From positions 248,810,055 through 248,874,054 of the forward strand of contig NC_133622.1 of the NCBI RefSeq assembly GCF_048593235.1: DNA of 64,000 nucleotides. The letters run 5' to 3'. The notes beneath the pieces are model-generated. The model was not told where the DNA came from, made no database searches, and saw only the letters and a program-made list of their open reading frames with translations. This document shows, piece by piece, positions 37,441 through 50,880 of the stretch (its first letter is position 1; the number at the start of each line of letters is the position of its first letter). Source of the stretch: Sminthopsis crassicaudata (lineage: Eukaryota). The position numbers and the translations under genes were made by a program.

Positions 37441-40400
37441 TGGAGAGGCGGCTGCGGGAGGCGCAGCAGTACAAAGAGGAGGGGAACCAGCGCTACCGCG
37501 AAGGGCGCTACCGGGATGCGGTGAGCCGCTACCACCGGGCGCTGCTTCAGCTGCGGGGCCTCGATCCCAGCCTGCCGGCCCCGCTGCCGCCCCTGGGAGC
37601 CCGAGGCCCCGCGCTCTCGGCCGAGCAGCAGAAGGTGCTGGAGAGCACGCAGACGGACTGCTACAACAACCTGGCCGGTAAGGGCTTCCCATCCTCCAAC
37701 CGCGCCCACTGAGGGGCCTGGGGGCCTGGGGGCGGGAGATGGTCTTTCCCTTTCCTCTGACTGCCTGGAGGAGCACAGGTGGCCGAGCTAACAGCTTTAG
37801 AATCCTCTTGCTGGAAGAAAAAGGCTTTTTAGGCCAGTTCATTTTAGACTGGCCGAGGCAGGTCCATCTAACGAAGTTCCCGAGCAGCCGCGCACTGACC
37901 CTCAGCCGAAGCCCCGCGGGGCCAGGCCGCAGAGTGGGGGGCAATTGGAGCTGCCGGCGGTTTCCAGGACCCGAGCTCGGGAAGGGGGGCCCGACCGGGG
38001 AACCCAGTCCTGCCTCTCCCGCTGCACTGCTCGGACCAGGCAAGCAGGAGGCTAACCATTAAGCGGATTCCTGAGGATGCCAAGTGGCCAGAGATAGCCT
38101 TAGGACCACTAGAACGAGGGTTCCTGAGCAAACTCCGGGATCTAGAGCAGAGAAGGAAACGCTCCCTGCCCCCTAAAGTAACTAGTTGGAAGGGAGGCCG
38201 TTGTGGTAACTAGGACAGGACCCTGACCGCTTCTGGTCCCGGCGCACTAGCGCTGCTACCACTGCCCTGGGGGCCACGCCTGACATCGTCCGGCTGAGGC
38301 TGTGGCCTCCCAGAAGGAGGCAGGCCCTGAGCCCCTCGGCCCCTGGGAGCTCAGAGCTGGAAGGACCTGGCCCGGATTCCTGAGGCCAATTTCCTGGCCG
38401 CCTCACTAGTCTCAGCCCCGCTGTGTAAGTTCTGTGTGGTGCGCCTCCATGCGGGAGCACGTGGCCACTTGTGAGTCAAAGGAACAAAAGTTGTTAAAAA
38501 CCCGGGACGGGAGAGGAACGAGCAGAGGAAAAACGCAGAGGAAAAAGCCAGAGGACGTTTAGCTGGAGGGATGCTGCCCGGCCGCCGCCGCACGTCCAAA
38601 TCTGTTTCCTCTCACTCCAGATTCGGTGTGGGCGGTATTTACGAGCGGCGATTAGCTCTGTGACCAGTACTGGGCCAGAAGCCCTGGGCACTTCACAGTC
38701 CCAGCCTTCAGGACTGTTCAAGAGCTAATTGAGCAGGTAAATACCCCCAGAAATGCCCGTAGAATCACATATAGCAAAGCTTTTTAACACAGGGGTCACG
38801 GAGTTGTGATGTGTTATCAATCAGCGTCACATAGAAATTCCTTGAGCTAAAAGAGGTCGTGGTTGGGCAGCCAAGCCCGTCCTTCCGGAGAGGAGGCCGG
38901 GAGCTGCATCTCGGGCTGCCTGACTCAGGGGCAGGGAAGCGCTGCACTGTGAGCCTTGACACGAAGTGATAGGAGCAGGATCGGCTCAGAAGAGGGAGAG
39001 GTCATTGGAGGGGTCAGGGAAGACTTTAGTAAGCGGGACCTCGCGTAGTCGCTCGTTTGGACTGGCCAAGGAGAAGGCTGGAGGCTGACGAGCCGCAGAA
39101 GCCAGGCCTCTGTGCAGGGACTTGTGGGAGAGAGATAGAGGTTGGCATACTGCCTGAGCCTTGAGAAGAATGGACAGTTTGTGCAGGACAGGGCTATCGT
39201 TAGATTAAGCTAGAAAGATAGGGGGCAGAGATCGAAAAACAACGCAGGAACTTAAATTGTATCCCAGAAAAATGGAGAGCCAGGGTCAAGAAACCTGAAG
39301 CACCAGCTACTTCCCAGGAAAGCCAGGAGATCCTGAAATCTCTTTTCACAGCAGGGTAAGGTGCCCCATCTTGCTCAAGGCGGGGTTATGAACTTAATTG
39401 TTCTTAGAAGATCAGGTCCCCCCCTTTTTACAGAGGCCAGGAGGTAAACGGGCACTTGTGGGTCCGACCCCATGCTGATGTCACTCGTGGGCTGGTTCTG
39501 TGCTGCTGCCAAGCTCCACCTTTCTGAAACTCCCCAGCGCGCGCTTCCTGGGGCGCCTGCGTCCTCCACCCCTGAGAGCTGGCCAGAAGCGGGACACCGG
39601 CTTTAGCTCTACTACCGCCGCTACCGTTTATAAAGCACCTACTACATGCCAGGCTGAGGAGATAAAAAGACAAACTACATCTCCCATCCTCAGGGAGCTC
39701 CCAGTCCTGTGGCGGAGGCTACAAGCAATGCTTCTGTGCAAAGAATAGAAAAATAGTCAGAATCAATTGGGGAGAGTCTCCAAAGGAAGGCTCTCCGATT
39801 AAGGAGATCTGGGGAAAGCTTCTTGCCCACAGTAGGACTTTGGCTGGGACTTGAGGGAGGATTGGGGAAGTAAGAAAAGGGCAGGTTATTGAAAAGCCAA
39901 ACAGAAGATTTTATATCTGGTTCTTGAAGTAATTGGGAGCCACTGCAGTTGATTGGATGGGAGGAGAGAGATCATTTTGGCCTGTAAGTGCAGGACAGAT
40001 TAGAGAGGGACAGGGTGGGAAGAGACTTGAGGCTGAGGCCTTCTCCCAAGTTAGAGTCTTATATGACATGATGAGGGGACTGGGTCCCAGGAGAAAGGAA
40101 AGCACATGGGAGACCACATTTGGCAAATGATTGGCTATAGAGGCTGAGCAAGGAGTCAAGGGTGGCTGGTGTGTGAGCCTCCGGGACTGGAACAATGAAC
40201 AACCCTAACCCTCAACACTAAAGATAGGAGGAAGTAGTTTTGGGAGAAAGATAATGAGTTGTGTGAAGTCATCAGAGAAGTTTGGGCAGAAAAGGCAGGT
40301 TTGGGAATCGTTTGCATCAAGGTTGTCATTAAGTCCGTGGCAGCCAATGAGATCCCCAACTGAGAGAGTACGGAGGAAGAAGAGCAGAGGGCCCGGGAGC

Positions 40401-42641
40401 TCCCCACTGAAGCCACTGACTACCCTGGGGACACCACAAGAGACATACATTGGTATGGCCCTTGATACTTTTTTGGAGCTTCTGCAATTCATTTAAATCA
40501 GTGACCTGTAAGGAAGATGGAGTGCACACCTGATGCCTTCGAGACAGGGATTACATACTTGGCCACATCGCCCAGGGATTCCAGAGCTTGGTCCATAGCC
40601 CACAGGCTGTCCTTTGTTAGGATATGTTAGAAACAGTCCCCGACATTGAGACACCCTGGCCCCAAGGCTGCCCTTTTTCTCCCTTGCTTTCCTTCCCAAC
40701 GAGACTCTCTTGCCCGGCGTCTGCAGACCCTTGGCCAGGATGCTTTGTGATCTGACCATCTGCACTGGTCATGCTGCAAGGGCACAGTCAAGTCCCTTGA
40801 GGCCTAGATGACCTTTCACCCTCAGCTCTGGAATCCAAGAATCCTTTGCTTTCACGAGAAGAGCTTATGGGAAAGGCAGCAGGTTCCCGCCTCCTTCCCA
40901 GTTCCAGAACACCCCCATGCGATGTGTGTGAGAATCTAGGGCCGGGCTCACTCAGGATGCAAAGGCCAGAGTGCGGGGCCAGGGGGAACCTGAGGAGTGT
41001 TAGAGCAGGGGAGGCCCCAGGACACGTCCTTCTCCAGCTCCTTTTACAGATCAGGGAACTGAGGCAAACGGAGGCTGAGTGCCTTGCTCACCAGCCCCCG
41101 AGTCAGCCAGCTGCCTTTGCTGTTTCTGAGACCACCCTTCATGTTTTCAGATGGGGGTGGGTATTAAAGCCTTGTCCAGAAATTCACCAGGTGGTCCTCA
41201 CGCCTCTTTTCTCGGCCCCTTTAGCCTGTCTGCTTCAGATGGAGCCTGTGAACTATGAGCGAGTGAGAGAGTACAGTCAGAAGGTCTTAGAGCGCCAGCC
41301 TTCCAACGCCAAGGCCCTGTACCGGGCAGGGGTGGCCTCCTTCCACCTGCAGGACTACGACCGGGCCCGACGCTACCTTCAGGCCGCCACTGACCGGCAG
41401 CCAAAAGGTGAGCCAGAAGGAGCTGGGTGTGGGGGTGTGCAGTCGTGGGGCTCAAATGGCATCTGCCCAAAGGGAAAGTGAAGAGGATTTGAAGTCCTTG
41501 AGGCCCTGAATGGGGGGAGACTTGCATTCTCAAGGTGGATCAGTTTCCACTGTGCTTTCCTCTCCCCTTTCCCATCTGCCTTTGGGCAGTCTTATGGGCC
41601 TCTTGGTGACCATAGGAATGACCTCAAAAGAGGGTAGCCTTCCCAACAGCCAGCTTCTGTCGCTGGCGTCCGAGAGGGACCTCAGTACCGGTATCAGACT
41701 TTGGGCTCCGGGCCCGAGGGCTTTTCTTGACTTGAACCTCAGAGTTCGTCGGTGTAGGGAATGTCACTCCCCAGAGAGCAGATTTTCTCTTTCAACTATG
41801 ACCTGCAATCCAAAGTCTGAGACTTGCAGGGAAAGTAAAGTGACTTGACCAGGGTCACTCAACCAGGCAGGGCCAAAGGCTCAAAGCAGGGCTTCTGGAA
41901 TCCTGGGTTTGTCCTTTATCTACTACTCTGGTCTTTCTCTTTCTCTGAGAAACATAGGGAGAGGCTAGAACTCTGCTAACTCAGGGCTCTTTTGAAAGAT
42001 CTAGTCTGAATTAATGAAAAAGCAAACTAGAGGGCGTTCTTCAGATGAAGAGTTACTGTTTCAGAGGGAGGCCTCTAAATCTCTCAGACAAGCTCTCTTA
42101 GAAGGTCTGTTTCCCTGAATCTTACCTTGTACATAAAGGAAGCATCTAAGGTGTTTTAAAAGCTGTTTGCTTTTACATAATGAAAATATCTAGGAGATGT
42201 TCTTGCTTCCAAAACAAAGATCCAGCCTTCAGTCCTTAAAAAAATAAATAAATAAACAAACCTCCAGATTGATGAATTTGAATCCGATTTTTCTGGGCCC
42301 TACACAATCAGGATGCTCTTCTCTCTTAGAGCAGGGATGGGGACCTTTGTCCTGCCACGGTCCAGCTGGTTACCTCGAGCAGTGGGAGGTTTTATACCAG
42401 CTTCAGCTCATCTTCTAGGTTTGTCTCAGGCCTTGCAAGTTCCCTAGCCATCCTAGAGGACTGTAGGAAAGTTTGGGATTATTCAGATCTGCTCCCTCCT
42501 CCCTGGAGACTTGGATTACTTCATTTCTTTTTTTCTTCTTCCCAAGATGCCAACGTCCGGCGATACCTGCAGCGGACAGAATCAGAACTAAGCAGCTACC
42601 ACCAAAAGGAAAAACAGCTTTACATGGGCATGTTTGGTTAG
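37440..42641 (+). CDS. TTC9C: Tetratricopeptide repeat protein 9C, 171 aa, exons 37440-37677, 41225-41407, 42547-42641
   Basis: MERRLREAQQYKEEGNQRY...CYNNLA / ACLLQMEPVNYERV...RQPK / DANVRRYLQ...KQLYMGMFG*; 516 nt; AATAAA at 42910-42915. Confidence 0.97.
39625..40440 (-). mobile_element. LINE2 remnant in TTC9C intron 1
   Basis: aagcacctactacatgccagg...cctcagggagctcccagtc at the left end, purine-rich L2 body. Confidence 0.7.
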
Positions 42642-45199
42642 CCCAGCAACAGAGCCTTCTTCAGCCCTCCTTGGAGTCCCCATACCCTCCTCCCCAGCCT
42701 CCCCAACCCAGAAGTGGGGGCTTCAAGCAGTCCACCTGTGACGTACCTCGGCTGGCCTTTGGTTCCCAGCCCTGCACAAACCCATCCTCTTACACAGTCC
42801 GGATCTTCCTCTTCCTCACCATCTCTGTGTTTCCATCCAGCATCACTGTTGTAGCCTTGAGGAGTTTTACTGTGGGGAACCCCAGAACAAGCCTCCTAAA
42901 TGAAGGTGGAATAAATGATCTCAGCCAACCACACATTCCAGGAAATAGATGGCGGAGACCCATCCATCCGCAGGCTTTCACAGGGCTGGCAAAAGGTGGT
43001 GTAAGGAAGGCTGGCCCAGAACCAGGCTTCCCTAAAGATCCAAGGCAGCAGAATCCTGTTGGACAGTTGGGGATTATGGGTATTTGGATGGTGTCAAGGG
43101 TCGCCTGATAGGCTGCAACGCTCTTTCTGGGTCACAGTCATTCTTTTTACATGATAATTGGAATCAGAGATTAGACCCAGTTGTATTAAAACTTAACATT
43201 AGGACGATCATTTTTTTCCCCCTGGGTCACACTGATGCAACTCTCTGATGCCCCAGGACTAATGATTGTTTACCCGACTGTGACATCTGAGCCCTGCTTT
43301 TCCCTTCTGCTCTCTGCTTCTGCTTTCTACACAAGAAGCATTTCTTGCTGAACTGTGTGTGAGCCTCAGAAATGAACCCCATTCATTTGACTACAATAGC
43401 AAAGTGACCAAACAATGCTGGCCTCTAGGGAAATGGCTGAAGCAGTCTCAGTCCATCCCCAGCCTTCCAGAACATTGTTCTCTGTCCTCTAGTAGTCCCT
43501 GTATTTTTTTCAAGTGCCTCTCTCCCTCCAAGGACTTGAATGACAGAAAAAGGGGATGAGAAGCCCCCAAGATACTGGGGATGCACAAAGGGCGGGCTGC
43601 TGTGGCCCTCAGACAGTGCTTCTCTGATCAGGTCGTCGGCCTGTTGTTGTTTTTTTTTTTTTTCTCATAACTGACTGAATACAATTGGTTTCCTTTGTAA
43701 TCCTGTGTATTTTGTGTATTTAAAAACATTATTTCAAGTTAGTGTCTTTGCTCTGTGGTTGGGGGCGGGAAGGGGGGTTATCAGGCCCATACACTGTTGA
43801 TTAGGTCCTGTGCGAAGCCAGAGCAGACAGCTGTTTGTGGCAAGGCTCTTATGGGCCAGGGGGATGTCATCTCCCACATCACACAATCTACACTCATCCT
43901 CGTGCTTGGAAAGACTCGCACTCCTGATGCTAATGTAGGTGACCGCCTTTACACACCTGCTGAAAGCGTTTGGCCCAAAGATTCACCCACTAGCAGCCAG
44001 ACTCGTGACGGAAGCGTGGCTGGGCCCAAGCTCGGTCTACAATCATCAGCCGAGGGATCCTTCCATATTATGGCACAGTCAGAAAATAAATCCTGGGAAA
44101 TGTGCCTGGTCTGTGTCAGTCGTTTCCTTTGTCAGTAATGCTCCTTTCTCCCCACCCTTCCTCTTATATCATGAGAACACTAGGTCACACTGGCCATGAA
44201 AACGTGTTTCTGCCCAAAGGAGTTTTGGGGGAAATTTAGAAAGGGAAGTCAGTCCAGATATTTCCTTTTAAACTGGCTGAGTGTGGCAATTCATGTTTAA
44301 CAGTGGCTACAGTGATAGCGTTTAATTTCTCTTCCTATTTTTTAAATTCTATAGATATGACAACCTCTTACCTGATTTATAAAGAAATTCACATATAATG
44401 AAAATGTACATTTTTACTTGAGCCTTTTGAGACTACTCGAAGAACCTAAGACTAGGAAGAGCCTTAGAAATCACCTAGTCCCACGTTCCCCGTCAACGGA
44501 AAGGAAGTGGGCCTGGAAGGCAGATGTTTGCCCAGATCCAAATAGGATTGCCACCAAGACCTGATTGTGAGTATTTGGGCGTCCTCTTCCTCACATGGCC
44601 TTTCCTTCCAGGCTGCCAAGAAGTAACATGGAGATATAGGTGGTATTGACATGGCACAAAGGGAAGCTGGCATGTGGAGAAGGAAAAATCGGGAAGCATG
44701 TGGCCTGACTGGGCCGAGGGGCCAGAAAGCCAAGCACTGGAATCTTAGAGGCCAGGTTCCTCATCAACTGACTGAGCTGTGGGGGGAATTAAATAACTTG
44801 GGGCTGCTGGGTCAAAGACTCTAATGAATGACGTGGAGCATCTGAAAAGAGACTGTGAGAAAAAAGGAAAGGGATCGAGATGTTTCCTAAGCAGGAATGG
44901 AAAAGAAACAAGGAATAAGCAGTTGAAAGGACATGGAAAATGTCAGTGAAAAAACTGCCTCCAACATTACAATTCTATCACAGCTAGAACTAATTGGAGC
45001 TAAAGGGGAAAGGAAAGGAAGGTCTAAGAAAGGGCATTCTGAGCCTTTCCCTCCTTTGGTGAAACCTGGGAAGTTGCTCAATGCCGACAAACTTCTGTTC
45101 CAGTTCCTATTGTATCCTGGGTCAGAACAGGAATTGAAACGTGTTAGCAATTTCCAAGATGGAAATAATCAGGTTATTAAAGGGAGGTAATGTAATGCT

Positions 45200-45330
45200 T
45201 CAACTCTATAAGGCGGGAAGATTTTGGCTCAACCCAAGGCCCTTTTTAGCCATTGGGACGGTCCAAAAACAGAATGGTATACCTTGTAATTACAAGTGGC
45301 TCGTTAGTGGTCATCAGGTGATAACTAGAC
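45200..45330 (+). mobile_element. L3/CR1-like 3' fragment
   Basis: agattttggctcaa...gtccaaaaacagaatgg resembles the L3 3' end. Confidence 0.45.
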
Positions 45331-47008
45331 AGGATCTTCAGTCTCACTCCCATGAAAACTTGAGATGAGGAAACAGGCAGAGATTGGAAACGACTTGTCC
45401 AGGGCCAAGGACCGAATGGTGTCACAACGGAAATTCAAGTCCAGAACCTGAGACTAGATCTTTTACTCGCCCATCCCTCATCCCACCATTTAAGCAGAGG
45501 CTTAATGCCTCCCTTTTGGTTTTGGCAATGTGACAGAAAGGACTCCTTCAGTGGGCAGAATATTGGACAAGAAAACCAAGTCCAAAGAGTCTAGGACTTC
45601 GGAGTCTCTAAGTGGGGATGTTTCAGATGCACAGGAAGCTCTCCATCACCCAGATGTAGACTGGCCCCTCCCTTCACAAAGTGAAAGGCATTTCCCTCCC
45701 TGCCTCCTCCCAAGTGTCCTGGCACCCCAGCAAGAACCTCTTTAGGTCACCCGAGTTGGACAGCTGGTGGGTACTTTGAAATGAAAGATGTCAGCCACTT
45801 GTCATGGAGAACTTTAGAATTTAAGCTCTTTAAATGTAAATAAGGTCCCCTGGGCTGCCTCCCAACATTCCAGCTCCTCCCCAGATACAGAAAGCCAAAG
45901 GAGCTGGCTTTGAGAAGTGGACATTGTGAGACAAACCTCAAGATGCTCTAGGGAGAAGTCAGAAAGCAGAGTCTCCTCCACCTGGTGGGGAACTCTCAAG
46001 CAGACAGGAAAGGAGACTAGGTATAAGATCTCGGCGTCCCCTCTCCCTTGCAAGTCTTCGGTCACGGGGCATGTCCCTCCCTCTTTGCCCCCCATTTCCT
46101 TCTCTGACAGATTCTGGCTCACGTCATCTTGTACAAACCTGAAAACATTCTGTGAATCTAAGCTGTTATTAATTACCCTGGGTGTCCCAAGCCTCCGTCC
46201 TCGAGCAACAGCCCTCCTCGACTGCATCCGAGGGTTAACAGGCTGGGCCTCAGGCCCAGAGTCCTCAACTGACTTGTCTGACCCCAGCCCCAGGCGTCAC
46301 CTAGGAGCTGTCTGCTGCACAAATGGAGCCATGTGCACAGACTGACCCATTAGCTGCAGCCCACGTGGGGTTCAGTGCCGTGTCCTAATTAGGCTGTATT
46401 TTTTCTAGCTAAAACTCGCTTTGCAGCTGCTGTCCCTTGCTGACCACCCGACTCCCCCTCAGCCACCCCTCCTCCCCCAGGCCAGATTCTTGGAAGGTCT
46501 TAGGAGCAATTAACATTAGGCCCATTTGTCCAGGGTGGGGAAAAAACCAGCCAAGACCACTTCATAGAAAGGGTTTCACTTTCACATTTATGGCCCAGGC
46601 AATAAGACAATACTTGGAGTGGCAAGTGACAGCTTCAAGGGAACTTTCCGAAGGCCATGGTGCTCTCTGATCGCTAATGAAATGGGCCTCTGTGCCTAAC
46701 CCAGGGAGGGAAGTAGAGAGCCGCTTGGGAGAAATGGGAGAGCAAGACCCAGCCCAAGCTGGTGACGTGGCTCTCCCACCGCAGGGCAGAATTAAGCCAA
46801 TGCTGCCCTTTCACCTGTGGCCGAGCATGGGCACTACAGCAGCCCAACCCCCACACCCATCTTCCCCAGCAGCATCGGGGATGACCTCCCAGCCTTCCCT
46901 CCTCTCAAAGGGGACTCCGCTCCCCAGACAGTCCCAGGGGCCGAGTCCGGGGCTCTTGGGGCGCCCCCTCCCACTCCCCAGGCTGAAGTCAGAGCCAGGG
47001 GCGCAGGC

Positions 47009-48418
47009 CTAGGAGGGGGCCGCCTCGGCGTCGGGCTTGCTGCGCTTGGCCAAGTCCTCGTTGTGGGCCTTGCGGATGTGGCGGTACAGGTCTCCCGACT
47101 GCGTATAGCTCCGCAGGCAGTAGCGGCACTCATAGGGCCGCTCCCTGGTGTGCACAGTCGCATGGCGCCTCAGGGTGTAGGAACAGGAGAAGGTCTTCCC
47201 ACACATCTTGCACGTGGGGACATCCTCCATGAAAACCCCGAAGCCCCCGGAGGCCACCTCGTACTCGGGGGGCAAGTAGAGAGACTCGGGCAGGCCGCTG
47301 TGTGCTGAGGCTGGAGGCGGGGTCACCAGCCCGGGGTGATAGTGCCCGGGGCCGGCTAACAGGTGGTAGGGAAGGTGAGCGTCAGGGGCCAGAAAGTGCT
47401 CAGCCAGGCCCCCCTCCTCGAGCCCAGGGCCCCCCGCAGCCGTGGCCTCTTCCGGTGCTTCAGGAGGGGCATAGCGGTTCCGACTGGCTACTCCCAGCAA
47501 GAAAAATCCCTCGGATGCCCGCGGCCTCTCCTCCGGCCCCTCGGCCTCCTCGTCGGAGATCACGATGGCCTCCACCTTCACCTGCACGGGCTCCGCCTCT
47601 CCCGGAGCTGGGGCTGGCACGGGAGGGTAGAAGCCCTCTACCGGCCCACTAGGTTCTCGTGGACCCCCGATCCCTGTGTTCTCAGGATCCACCTCCAGGG
47701 ACCCCGCGGGCTCCCCAGGGGCAGCCCCGACACTGAGGTTAAAGTAGGTGGGGGGCACTGCTTCCGTGGAGCTGGTGGGGCTGGAAAGGGAGCCATCCAC
47801 CGCGGGAGCCTCCATGCCAGGCTGGGTGGTGTCCGCCCCGTCGGGCCCTGGGGGCTCTTCGGCGTGAGGGGCGGCGGGCGGGGCAGGGGCCGGGGCGGGC
47901 CCTTTCCACTGGTCCTGGTCCCTCCAGCTGGGCGCGTCGGGGGGCGGGGGCACGGGCGCCAGGCCGCGGGAGGTGCTGGGCAGTGGCTCGGGGGTGGCCG
48001 GCTGCCCCCAGGGCTCCTCCTCCTTCTTGGTGCTGTCAGCCTCGGCCAGGGCCCTGGCCTGCAGCCGCCGCTTGCAGACCTTGACGATGTCATTCATGTG
48101 CAGGTAGCTGGCGGCGGCCAGCACGTCCTCCACGGGCGTGTCCCCGCGCAGGGCCAGCTGGCCGGCGTACATGAAGTCCAGCAGCAGCCCGAAGGCGGGC
48201 GCCGTGACGATCTCGTTGTGGATGCACACCAGGTCCCACTTGTCCAGGTCCCGCTCCTTGTAGAAGAGCTGGAAGAAGGGGCTGCACGAGGCCAGCACGG
48301 CCCGGTGCGCCTGGAACGGCGTGCTGCCCACCAGCACCGTGCAGTCGCACAGGAAGCCCTGGGAGCGCTGCTCCCGGAGGCTCTGCAACAGCTGCTCGCT
48401 GTGCCCGGGGAACTCCAT
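47009..48418 (-). CDS. ZBTB3: Zinc finger and BTB domain protein 3, 469 aa, single coding exon
   Basis: [29 protein letters not shown] domain; two C2H2 fingers [21 protein letters not shown] and [22 protein letters not shown]; acceptor at 48424 just upstream of ATG; probable upstream exon donor near 49030. Confidence 0.96.
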   Translation of the reverse strand: MEFPGHSEQLLQSLREQRSQGFLCDCTVLVGSTPFQAHRAVLASCSPFFQLFYKERDLDKWDLVCIHNEIVTAPAFGLLLDFMYAGQLALRGDTPVEDVLAAASYLHMNDIVKVCKRRLQARALAEADSTKKEEEPWGQPATPEPLPSTSRGLAPVPPPPDAPSWRDQDQWKGPAPAPAPPAAPHAEEPPGPDGADTTQPGMEAPAVDGSLSSPTSSTEAVPPTYFNLSVGAAPGEPAGSLEVDPENTGIGGPREPSGPVEGFYPPVPAPAPGEAEPVQVKVEAIVISDEEAEGPEERPRASEGFFLLGVASRNRYAPPEAPEEATAAGGPGLEEGGLAEHFLAPDAHLPYHLLAGPGHYHPGLVTPPPASAHSGLPESLYLPPEYEVASGGFGVFMEDVPTCKMCGKTFSCSYTLRRHATVHTRERPYECRYCLRSYTQSGDLYRHIRKAHNEDLAKRSKPDAEAAPS

Positions 48419-48479
48419 GGAACCTGGCGGGGGGACCCCGGGGCCCTGGGGAGAGAGGGAAGCCACAGGCCATGAGCAC

Positions 48480-50360
48480 GGGCATGGCCCATCGGAGCCC
48501 TAGCTCTAGCCACTTCCCAGCCAGGCCAGCCCACCCACGGCCCAGGATCGGCTCCCGGCTCCCCAAAGCCCCGCCCCCCGCCCACCAGGAAAGCCGCGAA
48601 GCCCCGCCCCCCGCCGGGAACCACCACGCCCGGAAAACCCGGCCCCCCGGAAGTCCCGCCCCCCCGCCGGGCCCCTCACTCCTCGGCTATGCCCAACCCG
48701 TAGCCCCCCCCACCTCCCCGATCGGGAGTTTTCTGTGCTCCCGGACCCTTTCCCCGAGGCGCTCCTCCAACCCAGACCAGGAACTCCCCAAGGCCCCCTC
48801 CTCTCGCATCCCGGTGGGAATGGGGAGTCCCGGGGGTGGGAACGAGCAGAAGAAACTGATCCCTCACCCACCACCGAGCAGCGGCCTGGAGAACCCCGCC
48901 CCTTTCCCCACCCCCTTCGTTATTATTGGTCGAGGTTCGCCGTTCTTCGATTCTGATTGGTCGGCACGCCCCCGCCCTCGAGGCGGCAGCGGCCTCCAGA
49001 TGGGCGCGAGGCGACATCGCTCACGCTTACCCGTCACCTGATTGCCCCCACCCGCTGTCAATTCTCTGCTTCCTCATCCCGCCCCGTTTCCTCAATGCCT
49101 CCCTTGATTAGCGGAGGGAGCAGGGGCGGGGTTGTGTGGGGGGAAGGCTCGAAGCCGCGGGGGCGGCACCCGCGTGGGACGAGTTTACACTCCCCCAGCT
49201 CCGCCCCGCCGCTTGCAGCTTATTGGCTCCTGAGCCTCCCCACAGGCTCCTAAAAACTGCACCCTCGCCGGCTTTTGGCGGGGTCGGCGTTATTTCCCCC
49301 ACACCCCCCGCCCGCGACCTCCGTGTGTGATGCAAAGGCCGCTTTCCCCGTAACTCGGCCCTCTTCCTCCGAGGGCGGCTTTGCTTTGAAAGGTAGTGAG
49401 GTCCCCAGCGCCAGAGGTGCCCAAACACAGGCAGGGAAACGCAGGCTGGGGTTCGAATCTCGGCTTGCACTTATGCGGCCGGGTCACTTCTCCGCCTCAC
49501 TCAGCTCCCGCCTCCGATAAATGAGCGTGAGACAGAAATTGACCAGAGCCCTAGGAGCTTGGCGCCCCGCCCCCTCGCAGAGCCTGACTGAAGCCCTCCC
49601 ACCCGGAGAGGCTCGCCCCCGAGACCGTGCACTGGGTTCTGGGGGAGGCCGTAAAGTGGCTCCCCCTCCCCCTTCTCACCTCCCGGGGGTCCACTCAAAG
49701 TAGGCTCCACTCTTAAGAAACCTCATTTGTGGTTTTTTTACCAGGGGTTGGGGAGGGGGGCAAGGGAGAGAATCTGGAACTCAAAAATGTAAAGAACAAA
49801 TGTAAAAAAAGTGTTTTAAACGAGCCTGGGGAAAATATTTAATTAAACCGCAAACAAAAGTTAATTTCTTGAAGAAAAAATTAGTGCTTGTTATTCCCCA
49901 GGTCCGTGGAAAAGCAGTTTTTAGCATTTGTCTTTAAAACTTTTGAGTTGCAGATTCCTTCCCTGGCTCCCTCCACCTCTCACCCCCGGGGAGAAAGCCA
50001 GCAGCCTAAGTTATTCGGGGTATGGACGTTCCACATCCCGCCGGTGGCGAAGGGACGCTCCGCCCTTTCTGGTCCGGAAGGAAGCCGCTGGTTACTATCC
50101 CTCGATTAATTTCAGTCAATTGATGCTTGTTGACCGCCAGGCCTGAGTAAATAGCAACAGCTGAGGAAGGAGGCGGTCGCTGATTGCGGAGCCGGGCGGG
50201 CACGAGGGAGGCGCCGCCGGCCCCGCTCCGACTTCGGCCTGGGGCAGGATTTCCTCGAGGACCCACTGGCGGAAGGAACTGGGAGACCGAGGTTCATTTT
50301 TGTATTTGATGACTGATTGTTCCAGAACCTCTGAGGAAAGGGCCAGACCCGGTAACAGAA
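48480..50360. promoter_or_regulatory. CpG-rich promoter region shared head-to-head by ZBTB3 and the PLD-family gene
   Basis: CpG and GC-box rich, ATTGG near 48925, 48956, 49222; plus-strand donor candidates near 50146 and 50352. Confidence 0.5.
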
Positions 50361-50880
50361 GTCAAAATAATGGGAAGAATCAGGGTTTGCCTCCCCCCCC
50401 CAAAGCAACCCCCTTTTAGAGACTTCCTGGACCAAATCCAAGGAAAAAGTCTCGTTGCTGCAGAGGGACACAGAGGGCCTCGTGGGTACCGGGGAAGGCT
50501 TTGGCCAGGAGGGGGAGAGCCAGAGCGGGTGAGCTTGGGGTCCGGGTCTCCTGGGGAGAGCCATCCTAGCGGCGCCAAGGAAGCCTAGTGAGGCAGGAGA
50601 GAGTCCAGAAAGTACCAAGGGCGGGGCCTGGAACCACCAGCCCCCGGCCGTGACCCTGGGCCAGGCACTTTCTGTCCACCTCAGTCTCCCTAGCTGTAAA
50701 ATGAGGACGAGAGCCGCTGCCCCGAAGGTTGCTTTGGTTTTTCAGATCGGGTAATATTTGTGAAATGCTTGCAAAGCAGGAAAGGACTATGGACACGTTA
50801 CCCGTTCTTTTGTTGCCCAATCATCACCAGGGTCTGCTGCCTCCTGTGCACCCGGAGGAACCTGGAAGACGGGCCTCGCT

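Noticed and set aside
47363-48475. 370-aa ORF antisense to ZBTB3
   Set aside because: Shadow ORF from GC-rich codon usage; no recognisable motifs
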